Source: Bacteriovoracaceae bacterium (GTDB lineage: Bacteria; Bdellovibrionota; Bacteriovoracia; Bacteriovoracales; Bacteriovoracaceae). From it: a DNA stretch of 64,000 bases. Location: contig JBLWTJ010000001.1 of NCBI GenBank assembly GCA_048270185.1, positions 1,248,001-1,312,000 on the forward strand, written 5' to 3'. Of the stretch, positions 18,355 to 28,577 are shown piece by piece. Under the pieces are notes generated by a model that was not told where the DNA came from, did no database searches, and was given only the letters and a program-made list of their open reading frames with translations. The first letter of the stretch is position 1. Every line of letters starts with the position of its first letter. The position numbers and the translations under genes are program-made.

Positions 18355-19970
18355 TAAAGTCTCTCCATGTACTCATTATAATTTCCAGGAAAGATTCTAA
18401 CCTCTCCCTTATCAACTTCATAAACAGTCTGCGCTAATTCACTTAAGAAGTGACGATCGTGGGATACGAACATAACAGTTCCTTCATATCTCTTAAGAGC
18501 GTCGAGAAGAACTTCACGAGACTTAATATCGAGGTGGTTAGTTGGCTCATCCAGAATAAGAAAATTATTATTTTGTGATAATAGGACGGCCATTACTAGA
18601 CGAGACTTCTCCCCTCCAGAGAGGTACTTCACCTTCTTATCAACTTCTTGACCTCTAAACAAGAAGGCCGCAAGAAGGTTTCTAATATATCCATCACTTG
18701 CCGTTGGCAGATCCTTTCTCACTTCATCAAAAACTGAAGCTTCTGGATTTAAAACCTCTAGTGAATATTGAGAGAAGTAGCCAACTTTAATACTTGGACC
18801 GATGGCCACACTTCCTTTAGTTACATCAGTGTGTCCAGTGATACATTTTAAAAGTGTCGACTTACCAGCACCATTTACTCCAACGACAGCAATCTTATCT
18901 GTTCTCTTTACCGTAACAGAAAGCCCGTCAAATACATCATGACTTGAACCATCAGACAGAGGCCATGACTTTGCTAGATCTTTTATAATGACGACATCAT
19001 CGCCACCTCTTGGAGGAGTTGGAAATTGAAAGTTAATTGTTTCTTCTTCTGTCGGAACTTCAATGCGATCAATCTTATCGAGTTTCTTTACACGTGATTG
19101 AACTTGAGCGGCATGAGATGCACGGGCCTTAAACTTGGCAATAAATTCTTCTTCCTTTGCTAGCATATCGGCTTGACGAGAAGCTTGTGCAATTAATTGC
19201 TCACGACGAATATCTCTTTCTTTCTCATAGAAGTCATAATTTCCAGAATAAGTCGTAATTCTTTTATGAGCGATTTCAATAATCTTATTACATACATTAT
19301 TCATAAAATCGCGGTCGTGGGTTGTCATAAAGATCCCACCTTTGAAGTTCTTAAGCCAATCTTCCAGCCAAAGGATCGATTCCATATCAAGGTAGTTTGT
19401 CGGCTCATCCATTATGATAAGCTCAGGATTGATTACGAGTACTCTGGCCAGAGCAATACGCATCTTCCATCCACCAGAGAAGTCTTCAATCATCTTTCCA
19501 TGATCAACTGGCATAATCCCAAGACCAGTTAGAACTTCTTCAGCACGTGTTTCAAGGTCATAGCCACCACGTTTTTCAAACTCAGACTGAACATCCCCCA
19601 TTTTCATTAGGACATCATTCATCTCGTCATCTGACATATTTGCACAGTCAGCAAGCTTGTCTTCAAATTCTTTTAGTTTTACACCAAGTTCAGTAATTTT
19701 CTCGTCCCCTGACATAACAACTTCACGAGCTGTTTGCCCGGCCATCTCACCAACTTTTTGCGAGAAATAGGCCCAACGTAATTTATCGGGAAAAGAGACT
19801 TGTCCCTCATCAGGCTTCTCTTCTCCAATAATCATGCGAAACAGAGTTGTTTTCCCGGCACCATTTGGTCCAACAAGTCCTACTTTCTCCCCTGGGTTAA
19901 TTTGGAAACTTCCACCAGAGTAGAGAGTCTCACTACTTTGGATTTTAGATATATTTGAAACATTTAACAT
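18354..19970 (-). CDS. ABC-F family ATPase
   Basis: Two ABC domains (GPNGAGKT, FSGGW, DEPTN; GVNGAGKS, LSGGE, DEPTNHLD), no TM segments. Confidence 0.92.
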   Translation of the reverse strand: MLNVSNISKIQSSETLYSGGSFQINPGEKVGLVGPNGAGKTTLFRMIIGEEKPDEGQVSFPDKLRWAYFSQKVGEMAGQTAREVVMSGDEKITELGVKLKEFEDKLADCANMSDDEMNDVLMKMGDVQSEFEKRGGYDLETRAEEVLTGLGIMPVDHGKMIEDFSGGWKMRIALARVLVINPELIIMDEPTNYLDMESILWLEDWLKNFKGGIFMTTHDRDFMNNVCNKIIEIAHKRITTYSGNYDFYEKERDIRREQLIAQASRQADMLAKEEEFIAKFKARASHAAQVQSRVKKLDKIDRIEVPTEEETINFQFPTPPRGGDDVVIIKDLAKSWPLSDGSSHDVFDGLSVTVKRTDKIAVVGVNGAGKSTLLKCITGHTDVTKGSVAIGPSIKVGYFSQYSLEVLNPEASVFDEVRKDLPTASDGYIRNLLAAFLFRGQEVDKKVKYLSGGEKSRLVMAVLLSQNNNFLILDEPTNHLDIKSREVLLDALKRYEGTVMFVSHDRHFLSELAQTVYEVDKGEVRIFPGNYNEYMERL

Positions 19971-20124
19971 TGATTTAAATCTCGCTCTCAGTACTGAAGT
20001 AATTTTATCTATTTTAAAATTCTACATGATGAGGCCAAAATTGTCTTTAAGATTTAGCCTATAGCGCAACATATCAATCCAATAAATCATTTTTTAAATT
20101 GCGATTTGAACGTATAATCAAGCC

Positions 20125-20955
20125 ATGCAATTAGAAAATATCTTTGTCGATTCTCAAGGTGATATAAAAAAGTCTGTTTATGTCTTATTTATTATCATTC
20201 TCTTCTACCTAGTAAACCACATCGTTTCTTTTACTTTAAAGAAAACTCATTCTGTGACAACAGAGGCCAAACGCCGCTATGTTGTTAATACAAATATTGG
20301 GCTGACCTTATTCTTCGTTATTATTGTCCTCTATATTTATTCAACAGAACTTAAGAATTTAGCTTTTTCACTAGCGGCCCTAATGGTTGCTATAGTTCTT
20401 ATAACAAAAGAAGTTTCACTCAATATCATGGGTGGTATTTATAAAACTTTCTCTGGTGGATTTATTATTGGAGATGCAATTGAAATTGACGGTAAGCGTG
20501 GTAGTGTAATTGACCGTGATCTTTTCACAACAACTCTATTAGAATTTGGTCCCAATAAGAACTCACACAACTATACTGGTAAATCAATTATCATTCCGAA
20601 CTCTGCTTTTTTAACAAGCAAAGTAACAAATGAAACATTTTTAAAATCTTTCGTTCTCCACACTTTTAGTATTTCACTTGCTCCAACAGATGACTGGGAG
20701 AGAGCTGAGACGATACTATTGGAGCGATCAGAATTCTATTGTTCGGAATACTTTGAAGTGGCCCAAAGAGCCTTAAATAAGCTATTTACAAAGTCTCACT
20801 TAGAGACACCTATTCTTAAGCCACGTGTTCAAATCAATTTCGTCTCACGTGAGGAGATTGAGCTCAATGTTCGTATCACAGCGCCTTCGAGAACAAAGGG
20901 CTCTGTCGAGCAACGTATTATCAAAGATTTTATGCGCGAATTTTATCAAAAATAA
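20125..20955 (+). CDS. Mechanosensitive channel, MscS family
   Basis: N-terminal TMs, FIIGDAIEI..G.V, IPNS. Confidence 0.85.
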   Translation: MQLENIFVDSQGDIKKSVYVLFIIILFYLVNHIVSFTLKKTHSVTTEAKRRYVVNTNIGLTLFFVIIVLYIYSTELKNLAFSLAALMVAIVLITKEVSLNIMGGIYKTFSGGFIIGDAIEIDGKRGSVIDRDLFTTTLLEFGPNKNSHNYTGKSIIIPNSAFLTSKVTNETFLKSFVLHTFSISLAPTDDWERAETILLERSEFYCSEYFEVAQRALNKLFTKSHLETPILKPRVQINFVSREEIELNVRITAPSRTKGSVEQRIIKDFMREFYQK

Positions 20956-20982
20956 AAAAGCCTTCCACACGGAAGGCTTTTT
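20955..20982. terminator. Bidirectional rho-independent terminator
   Basis: AAAAAGCCTTCC-acac-GGAAGGCTTTTT between convergent genes. Confidence 0.85.
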
Positions 20983-21010
20983 CATTATTTTCTATTGTTA
21001 ATTTTAAATA

Positions 21011-21376
21011 CTAAGAGGCCATATCATCATAGTCCATCCATGCATCGTTCGGATCAAGGATTTCCATATCTTTGTGTGGCATTTTCTTTTTATTTAGCAT
21101 TTTCTCTTTCTTCTTTTGAACTTGCTTTTCAATCTTAGCAACAACAAGGTCAATGGTCTTATAAAGACTGTCAGAGTGCGCTTTAGCGTGGTAGTCAAAC
21201 TTCGGACCAAGAACTTCCACTTCTGCGTAATGCTCGCGACCATCCTTAACTTCACAGCTCCACTTTAGATGAAGATTTCCATCAAGGTACTTTGCAATTT
21301 TCTCGGATTTCTCTTGGATTCTCTCATCAAGTGCTGGCGTATGATCAAGGTGTCTAAAACTTACTGTTACTTTCAT
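21011..21376 (-). CDS. hpf: Ribosome hibernation promoting factor (HPF/RaiA)
   Basis: RHLDHTPAL, LYKTIDLVVAKIEKQ; downstream of rpoN. Confidence 0.9.
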   Translation of the reverse strand: MKVTVSFRHLDHTPALDERIQEKSEKIAKYLDGNLHLKWSCEVKDGREHYAEVEVLGPKFDYHAKAHSDSLYKTIDLVVAKIEKQVQKKKEKMLNKKKMPHKDMEILDPNDAWMDYDDMAS

Positions 21377-21446
21377 AAAATACGTTCTCCTCTATAGTAT
21401 GGTATCTTAGGACTGACCTATCGGAAGGTTTTCCCAAAATATCGAG

Positions 21447-22898
21447 CTATTTTACTTTTCTTTTTGATGACGACAAAATCCCAAGCATTTCTCTATACTT
21501 AGCGACCGTACGTCTAGCAACTTGCACATCCTCCTGACTCAAAAGGTCGGCAATCTTCTGATCTGATAACGGCTTCTTTGCATTTTCATTATCGATAAGT
21601 TCTTTGATTTTTAGCTTCAGAACTTCACCGGCAACATCGATTCCACCTTTATCTCCACCAATTCCGGCATTGAAAAAATACTTTAATTCAAATAAACCGA
21701 TTGGTGTGTGCATATACTTATTAGAAGTAGCACGTGATACTGTCGACTCATGTACTCCTAATTCATTAGCAACATCTTTTAGTACCATCGGCTTTAAATG
21801 CTTCGGCCCCTTCTTAAAGAATTGTTGCTGTTTTTTTACAATTGATTTTGCGACAAGATCAATTGTACGTTGTCTCTTATTTATAGACTTAATTAGCCAT
21901 AAAGCCGACTTAAGTTTTTCTTCTACGAAATCTTTAGCTTCTTTATTCTTTAACGATTCAGCTTGATTAAGCATATCCTGATACATTTTAGAAATTCTTA
22001 ATCTTGGTACACCATCGTCATTTACCTGAACAACGAACTCTCCACCAATTTCAACAACAAAAACGTCAGGTGTTACATAGTGAGTGTCCCCACCACCAAC
22101 AAGACGTCCTGGCTTAGGATGAAAGTTATGAAGTAACTTTGCTGTTTCAATAATCTGCTCTTCACTTACTCCAGTGTCCGCAGTAATTTTCTTATAATCT
22201 CTATTTTTTAAATTAGTTAAATGAAAGCGAATAATTTTTTCGAGAAGTGGTGAACGCTCTTCTGCAATTCTTGCTTGGGCAAGTAGACAGTCCACAAGAT
22301 CTTGGGCCCCACAGCCAACAGGATCAAGTCTCTGAACAATTTCTAAAATATGAAGAGAATGTTCACGATCGAGATTCCCTCTTTCAATAAGTTCATCAAA
22401 TGCACATGAAAGATAACCGTCATCGTTGATATTTCCAATGATCTCAAGAGCAAAATTGATTTCTTGATCATCAAGGTTTTCCATACGAAGTTGCCATTCA
22501 AGATGTTCAGCAAGAGACTCACTCTTGGAAACCATATTCTCGTAATTAGGCATATCATCGGGACTTAGAGATGGTGCGGCCATATTTGGTTCATATGTTG
22601 TTGAGTTATAACTATCAACATATTTCTGCCAATCAATATCGTCGCCATTGCTCATCATGGCCTGTTCTTTAAAATCGTCTGAATTTGCTTCTTTTGCTTG
22701 TGCCTCTAACTTATCTAATTTGTAATCACCTTCACCTGGAGAAAACTCTTCAAGCATCGGGTTCTCAACCATTTCCTTTGCAATAACATCAGTCATTTCA
22801 AGGTGGCTTAATGTTAGTAACTTAATCGCCTGCTGAAGCTGCGGCGTCATCACGAGCTGTTGAGATTGACTTAGATTTTGTGAAAGTTTAGTGGCCAT
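21447..22898 (-). CDS. rpoN: RNA polymerase sigma-54
   Basis: MTPQLQQAIKLL, HESTVSR, RpoN box ARRTVAKYRE. Confidence 0.97.
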   Translation of the reverse strand: MATKLSQNLSQSQQLVMTPQLQQAIKLLTLSHLEMTDVIAKEMVENPMLEEFSPGEGDYKLDKLEAQAKEANSDDFKEQAMMSNGDDIDWQKYVDSYNSTTYEPNMAAPSLSPDDMPNYENMVSKSESLAEHLEWQLRMENLDDQEINFALEIIGNINDDGYLSCAFDELIERGNLDREHSLHILEIVQRLDPVGCGAQDLVDCLLAQARIAEERSPLLEKIIRFHLTNLKNRDYKKITADTGVSEEQIIETAKLLHNFHPKPGRLVGGGDTHYVTPDVFVVEIGGEFVVQVNDDGVPRLRISKMYQDMLNQAESLKNKEAKDFVEEKLKSALWLIKSINKRQRTIDLVAKSIVKKQQQFFKKGPKHLKPMVLKDVANELGVHESTVSRATSNKYMHTPIGLFELKYFFNAGIGGDKGGIDVAGEVLKLKIKELIDNENAKKPLSDQKIADLLSQEDVQVARRTVAKYREMLGILSSSKRKVK

Positions 22899-22944
22899 TT
22901 TGGTTCCTTATTTTCATAACCAGGCCTATCTTTTACTAGCCTAG

Positions 22945-23679
22945 CTACATTTTAAATTCTTCACCAAGATAGAACTTCCTTGCCCTCTCGTTGTTTACAA
23001 TATCTTCCGGTGTCCCACTTACAAGTAATTCTCCACTACTCATAATAAACGCACGATCAACGACTCCTAATGTTTCTCTCACGTTGTGGTCGGTGATTAG
23101 TACACCGATATTTCTTCTCTTCAAGCTGTTAATAACATTTTGAATATCATTAACTGCTAACGGATCAACTCCAGCGAAGGGTTCATCAAGTAGTACGAAT
23201 TTAGGCTCTAATGCCAGTGTTCGCGCTATCTCAACTCTCCTTCTTTCCCCACCGGAAAGAGCTGAACCTAGAGATTTTCTTATATGTCCAAGTCCAAAGT
23301 CTGCTATCAAGTTATCAAGAAGGGTTTTCTTCTTGGCCCTTGGTAGATCTCGGTTTTCAAGTACCGAGTAGATATTGGCCTCAACCGTTAAATCTCTAAA
23401 GATGCTGGCCTCTTGTGGAAGATAACCAACGCCTTTTAAGGCCCTAATGTGAATTGGCTCCTGAGTTAAGTCCTCTCCTGAAAGATCAATTGTTCCTTCA
23501 TCGGCTTTAACTAGGCCTACCATCATATAGAACGATGTTGTCTTACCAGCACCGTTTGGGCCGAGTAATCCTACAACTTCACCTTGCTTAACATCGATGG
23601 AAACGCCTTTAACGACTTCTCTTCCGCCGTAGACTTTCTTTAAACCATGAGCTGATAATTGAGCGACTTCTTCTGTCAT
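22945..23679 (-). CDS. lptB: LPS export ABC ATPase
   Basis: GLLGPNGAGKTT, LSGGERRR, LDEPFAGVDP, TDHNVRET, YLGEEF. Confidence 0.95.
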   Translation of the reverse strand: MTEEVAQLSAHGLKKVYGGREVVKGVSIDVKQGEVVGLLGPNGAGKTTSFYMMVGLVKADEGTIDLSGEDLTQEPIHIRALKGVGYLPQEASIFRDLTVEANIYSVLENRDLPRAKKKTLLDNLIADFGLGHIRKSLGSALSGGERRRVEIARTLALEPKFVLLDEPFAGVDPLAVNDIQNVINSLKRRNIGVLITDHNVRETLGVVDRAFIMSSGELLVSGTPEDIVNNERARKFYLGEEFKM

Positions 23680-23683
23680 GCTA

Positions 23684-24670
23684 TTACCTTATTTTAAAAT
23701 TCGTATTAGCATCATCAACTTCAATGGTCTCGATGTCACGCCTAAGAACAATGGTATTTCCTTTTAAAACGTCCTTCTTTTGATAAACCCTCGGAAGACC
23801 TAGCAGAATAACTTTATCCTCTGCCATGAATCCCTCAAGTCTCTCACTAAAGGCCTTTCTTTTAAAAGGCGGTTGTTCCTTAGGTGAAACAGTTTCCTCA
23901 ATGACCACATCGTCATAAAGTGCATAATACTTGAGTTTTTTATTATAATTATCTAGATAGATTTCGCCATTTCGGGCACTTGCAACTAGTTGAGATTTCT
24001 TGAATTTTACGTTTCCACTCAAGTTGGCATTGCGATTGCTCTTATCAACAATAATTGAATTGGCCTCAAACTTGACTGAGTCTTCATAGGCCCTCGCTCT
24101 TTGTACCTTCCCCTCAACATTTCCATCATAAGTAACAACTTCAGATCTAAGGTTGTAGCTAAGCTCGTCGGCCTTCACTTCAATCTCATAAGAACTATCA
24201 AAGCCATTTGATTTCGAATGGGTTTTTCCACGAAATGTGACGACTTGCGAGTTATCTGAATAAGACATACTCTCTGATTGAATACTTAACTCACGATCTC
24301 TTAAAGTTACCTTTCCTCTTAATGACATATTCTTATCAACAGAATTAATAACTCCCGTCAAGGCGTCATAGTACATTGGTTGGGCCTTATAGCTATTGAT
24401 TAAAACACCATTTGGATCAGTGAGAATGAGAACATTTGTCGATAAGTTTTGTGATACCTCGGCCGCATCAAGGTGGTAGCGAGCATCCTTTTGTGTCATC
24501 TTAAAGTACTTAACATTCTTAAAATAAGAGTAGATATCCTGTTCGAGAAGCTTGCTCATACTCTGGTCCAATTCAGTCGTGTCATACTTCATGAACATAC
24601 CAATATATGTCGAAGTCACGGCCGCAACCAAAAATAACCAAATAGAGAGATGTTGAGCAACGCTAAGCAA
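23684..24670 (-). CDS. LptC/LptA-like beta-jellyroll protein (possible fusion)
   Basis: N-terminal TM then beta-rich OstA-like repeats; directly upstream of lptB. Confidence 0.65.
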   Translation of the reverse strand: MLSVAQHLSIWLFLVAAVTSTYIGMFMKYDTTELDQSMSKLLEQDIYSYFKNVKYFKMTQKDARYHLDAAEVSQNLSTNVLILTDPNGVLINSYKAQPMYYDALTGVINSVDKNMSLRGKVTLRDRELSIQSESMSYSDNSQVVTFRGKTHSKSNGFDSSYEIEVKADELSYNLRSEVVTYDGNVEGKVQRARAYEDSVKFEANSIIVDKSNRNANLSGNVKFKKSQLVASARNGEIYLDNYNKKLKYYALYDDVVIEETVSPKEQPPFKRKAFSERLEGFMAEDKVILLGLPRVYQKKDVLKGNTIVLRRDIETIEVDDANTNFKIR

Positions 24671-24836
24671 AAAAACATTCCTTCAAGTAGTGTAAATAAT
24701 CAACTATTTACGTCCTTATATAATACTGCAAAAGCCTGCGTCATGCCAATTGTAAGTATTGAAGTCTTTTCCATTGGTGGCGATTTTGGTAGAGTTATTC
24801 ACTCAAGAATACACGCACAATTAAGGAAACAACAAG

Positions 24837-27482
24837 ATGACTTTAGAGATCGAGAAAATCGTAGCCGAAGGCGTAAAGTTAACTCCAATGATGGCCCAAT
24901 ACCATGAGATCAAGGTTCAATATCGCGATCACATGCTCATGTTTCGCATGGGAGATTTTTATGAGGTCTTTTTTGAAGATGCCATCAATGCTTCAAAGAT
25001 TTTAAATATCGCTCTTACTCACAGAGGTAAACTTGGCGAACACAAAATCCCAATGGCCGGTATTCCTCATCACGCTGCGGCCACTTATATCGATCGCTTC
25101 TCAAGTGAGGGATTAAAAGTTGCAATTTGCGAGCAAGTAGAAAACCCAAAAGAGGCCAAAGGAATCGTAAAAAGAGCTGTCACACAAGTTGTTTCACCAG
25201 GAATGCCATACGATCTTGATAAGACCGATTCAAAAGAAGACCAATTCATTGTTGCGTGTAATGAAGTAGCTGGTCGCTTTGAAATTGTGGCCATTGATTT
25301 TACAACTGGTTTCTTTAAAGGCTTTATCCTTGATAGCTTTGAAGATTTTATCGAAAAGATTCGCGTTCTTCATCCAAAGGAATTTATCACATACCTTGGA
25401 CAGTGGGATAAGTATGAGAGTGTTGCGACTTTAAATGAGCACAACGGAACACTTGTAACTCACCTATCACAAGAATATTTTAAAGAAGAATACTCTTCAG
25501 TTTATATTGAAAGACTTATTCCAACTTATAAGCGCGATCAATTGCTTAAAGAAAACGAAACAGTACTAAGTCCAATTGGCGCTCTTTCATACTATATTTG
25601 TTCTACTCAGAGTCACGACGAGTTCACTCACCTTCATGCTTTCAGCCTATCTGATCGCACAGGTTCGATGAAGGTCACTATCCCAACTCTAACTGGACTT
25701 GAAATCCTTCCAAAGTCACGTGAAACATATAAAGATTCACTCTTAGGCTTTATGGATAAAACGAAAACTTCAATGGGTTCAAGAAAACTAAAAACTGTTT
25801 TCACTTCCCCTCTGACAAATAGAAAAGAAATTGCCAATCGTCTTGATACGATTGAATACTTCTTATCAAATGATGATCTCTTACAAGATACACGTGAAGC
25901 GCTAAATAATGTTCGCGACCTTGAAAGAATTCTAGCGAAGGCCGCAACAAATCGCGCCAATGCAGGAGATCTCCTTAATATTTCAGCGGCAATTGATGTT
26001 TATGAAGAATTAACAAACTCTCTAAAGAAACTTCCAACAAAAGTTTTTGGAGACCTGACAAAAGAAGCTAAGGATCAACTCTTTGCTCTTCGTAACGAAA
26101 TCAAGGTGACAATTAACGATGAGATTGGAGCAAACCTCGATAAGGGAAATCTTATTAGAGAAGGTGCAAATGAGACTCGTGACCGCCTTGCAAAGATTTC
26201 GCAAAATACGGCCCAAGCTCTTGTAGAACTTGAAAATCGTTACCGTGAAGAGACTGGAATTCAAAAACTAAGAATTAAATCAAATAATGTTGCCGGCTAC
26301 TTTATTGAGGTTTCAAAGACTCACTCAGATAAAGTTCCAGCAAATTTTGTTCGCAGACAAACTCTTGTGAATTCCGAAAGATATTCAACAGAAGAATTAA
26401 CTGAGTTTGAAAAAGAAGTTGTTGTTGCTCGCGAAAAACTAGAAAAGTTAGAGAGAGAAATTTTCAAAAACTTAATAAAGCAAATTACAACTCTAAGTCA
26501 TGCCATTCAAATTCTTGCCAATATCCTTTCAACGACTGATACCCTTCAGTCTCTTGCTTGGATTGCACGTAATGAAGAATTTAGTAGACCTCAAATATCT
26601 GACAAATCTCGTGATATGGATATTCATGGAGCCTGGCATCCACTTATTAAAGCGGCCATTAAGGATCAATTTATTCCACATGATCTTAAGCTTGATGAGA
26701 AAACATACTTTGGTCTAATCACAGGTCCCAACATGGCCGGTAAGACAACTGTTATGCGTGAGATTGCAATCATTCAACTTCTAACTCAAATTGGTTCTTA
26801 CGTTCCAGCTGAAAATGCTAAGGTTAGTATCTGTGACTTCCTCTTTAGCCGCCTTGGAGCAAGTGATGATATTTTAAAAGGTCAATCAACTTTCATGGTA
26901 GAGATGGCCGAAACCGCAGAGATCTTAAGACATGCTACCGAGAACTCACTGATCATTCTCGACGAAGTAGGACGTGGAACTTCAACATATGATGGTCTTT
27001 CAATTGCATGGGCCCTTGTAGAGCATTTCATTGAAAATACAAAAGCGCTTTGTCTCTTTGCAACTCACTACCACGAGCTAATCGATCTTGCTGATCGCTA
27101 CCCAGAAGCCAAGAATTTAACAGTCGAAACTCAAAATCATAAAGGGAATGTAAAATTTCTCTATCGCCTTATTGAGCAAGCGGCTTCTCAATCATTTGGT
27201 ATCTATGTTGCGAAACTTGCAGGACTTCCTCCAACAGTACTAAAGAGATCACAGTCGATTCTTAAAAGCATGGAAAAAGAATCAAGTGTCTCTCAAGCTC
27301 TTCTTGGCAGTGATCATAGTGAGCAATTAGATTTCTTCAGTATGGCAGCAGCTCCAGCTGAAATACCTGAGTATTTAAAACAGGTTGAAGAACACCTAAC
27401 GACAGTCGATATCAATAACTTAACACCAATTCAGGCCTTAAATAAGCTCAATGAGTTAGTGGATCAAATTACTCTCAACTAA
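24837..27482 (+). CDS. mutS: DNA mismatch repair protein MutS
   Basis: TPMMAQY, GDFYEVF, TGPNMAGKT, STFMVEM, DEVGRGTS. Confidence 0.97.
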   Translation: MTLEIEKIVAEGVKLTPMMAQYHEIKVQYRDHMLMFRMGDFYEVFFEDAINASKILNIALTHRGKLGEHKIPMAGIPHHAAATYIDRFSSEGLKVAICEQVENPKEAKGIVKRAVTQVVSPGMPYDLDKTDSKEDQFIVACNEVAGRFEIVAIDFTTGFFKGFILDSFEDFIEKIRVLHPKEFITYLGQWDKYESVATLNEHNGTLVTHLSQEYFKEEYSSVYIERLIPTYKRDQLLKENETVLSPIGALSYYICSTQSHDEFTHLHAFSLSDRTGSMKVTIPTLTGLEILPKSRETYKDSLLGFMDKTKTSMGSRKLKTVFTSPLTNRKEIANRLDTIEYFLSNDDLLQDTREALNNVRDLERILAKAATNRANAGDLLNISAAIDVYEELTNSLKKLPTKVFGDLTKEAKDQLFALRNEIKVTINDEIGANLDKGNLIREGANETRDRLAKISQNTAQALVELENRYREETGIQKLRIKSNNVAGYFIEVSKTHSDKVPANFVRRQTLVNSERYSTEELTEFEKEVVVAREKLEKLEREIFKNLIKQITTLSHAIQILANILSTTDTLQSLAWIARNEEFSRPQISDKSRDMDIHGAWHPLIKAAIKDQFIPHDLKLDEKTYFGLITGPNMAGKTTVMREIAIIQLLTQIGSYVPAENAKVSICDFLFSRLGASDDILKGQSTFMVEMAETAEILRHATENSLIILDEVGRGTSTYDGLSIAWALVEHFIENTKALCLFATHYHELIDLADRYPEAKNLTVETQNHKGNVKFLYRLIEQAASQSFGIYVAKLAGLPPTVLKRSQSILKSMEKESSVSQALLGSDHSEQLDFFSMAAAPAEIPEYLKQVEEHLTTVDINNLTPIQALNKLNELVDQITLN

Positions 27483-27500
27483 GTACTAGAAAATATTTCC

Positions 27501-27523
27501 ATGGGCATGTTCATCATGCCCAT
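27501..27523 (+). terminator. Hairpin after mutS, possible terminator
   Basis: ATGGGCATG-ttcat-CATGCCCAT then TCTTT. Confidence 0.55.
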
Positions 27524-27562
27524 TCTTTAAGGCTTGTGCACGCTTTTGACGAAAAGTTAGGC

Positions 27563-28156
27563 ATGAGTAATACAAAGCTAACTGAAATTTACGAATACTA
27601 CCAAGAAAACAAAGAAGCTAAGAAAGTGAGAAGAAAGCACTTAAGTAAGCGCACCTATGCTTTCATTATCGATCTCTACGCCATTGTCTTTGCTAACAAG
27701 GCTTTATCTTTTATATGGTTATCATTTGTGAATCATTTCATTTCAAATGTCTCTGTATCAAATAGCTTTTCAACTTACACGCTACAAGCAAATACAACAA
27801 AGCTTTCGCTTCCAATTATGTTCTTTAGTTACTTCTTCTTTTCATACTTTCTAGGCCATGGGCAAACACTTGGAAAGGCCATTATGAAATTAAAAGTTGT
27901 GAATACTGATAATATGACAGAACACCTAACTCTAAGTGAATGCTTCATGCGCTCAATTGGTTACATTGGTGCAAGCTTTCTATTCTACCTACCATTTGCC
28001 TTTAACTACCTTCGCCGCGATCAAAAAGGTATGCAAGACTTCATGTCTGGTACAGAAGTCATCAGTATCGACGACTTTGCCTTTGCTCTAGCACAAGCTG
28101 AAGCGATTCCAGTGGAATCGGCAGAGCAAATTAGCTTATTTGAGGATGTTGCTTAA
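27563..28156 (+). CDS. RDD family membrane protein
   Basis: KRTYAFIID, GQTLGKAIMKLKVV, QDFMSGTEV. Confidence 0.85.
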   Translation: MSNTKLTEIYEYYQENKEAKKVRRKHLSKRTYAFIIDLYAIVFANKALSFIWLSFVNHFISNVSVSNSFSTYTLQANTTKLSLPIMFFSYFFFSYFLGHGQTLGKAIMKLKVVNTDNMTEHLTLSECFMRSIGYIGASFLFYLPFAFNYLRRDQKGMQDFMSGTEVISIDDFAFALAQAEAIPVESAEQISLFEDVA

Positions 28157-28169
28157 TTTAGCTAGAAAT

Positions 28170-28532
28170 CTAAAAATCCAGATTCGAAAAAATCTCACTA
28201 GCTCGTCCACCGACGCGAGACTTTAATTTCTCATCGGCACTCTCTTTCTTTGAAAGACCTGCTGTTGGTTCATACGGTTTCATGACGGCTTTTTGAGCGA
28301 CCTTGGCCTTGTTGTAGTCACCATCTTTAACGAAGAGATCACGTTGCTTGCTATCTTCGCTATCCCATGGGCGCTTTACATTTTGCTTCTGACTTCCCTT
28401 TTGGGTTTTCTTAGAGCGTTCTTCTTTATGGTCGAGAATAATCTCAAGAAGAGAATCATCTGAATTCTCGATACGATTTTTGATCTTACACTTAGTCTTA
28501 TTTGATGTAGTCTTTTCTAAACTTAGGGCCAT
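28170..28532 (-). CDS. Hypothetical charged protein
   Basis: ORF track; TTGCAC-17-TAAAAT promoter upstream. Confidence 0.55.
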   Translation of the reverse strand: MALSLEKTTSNKTKCKIKNRIENSDDSLLEIILDHKEERSKKTQKGSQKQNVKRPWDSEDSKQRDLFVKDGDYNKAKVAQKAVMKPYEPTAGLSKKESADEKLKSRVGGRASEIFSNLDF

Positions 28533-28577
28533 AATATTCTATTTTATCTGCCCCTATGATTTCGTGCAACAAAGGAT

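Noticed and set aside
18354..19970. ABC-F as an antibiotic-resistance (ARE) protein
   Set aside because: No leader peptide or attenuator seen; looks like a housekeeping ABC-F and the subfamily cannot be assigned by eye
24721..24750. Possible sigma54 site (minus strand TGGCATGACGCAGGC) upstream of the lpt-rpoN operon
   Set aside because: Lacks the TTGC -12 element
24650..24907. 85-aa ORF spanning the lptC-mutS divergent region
   Set aside because: Overlaps both neighbours and the promoter region; no motif
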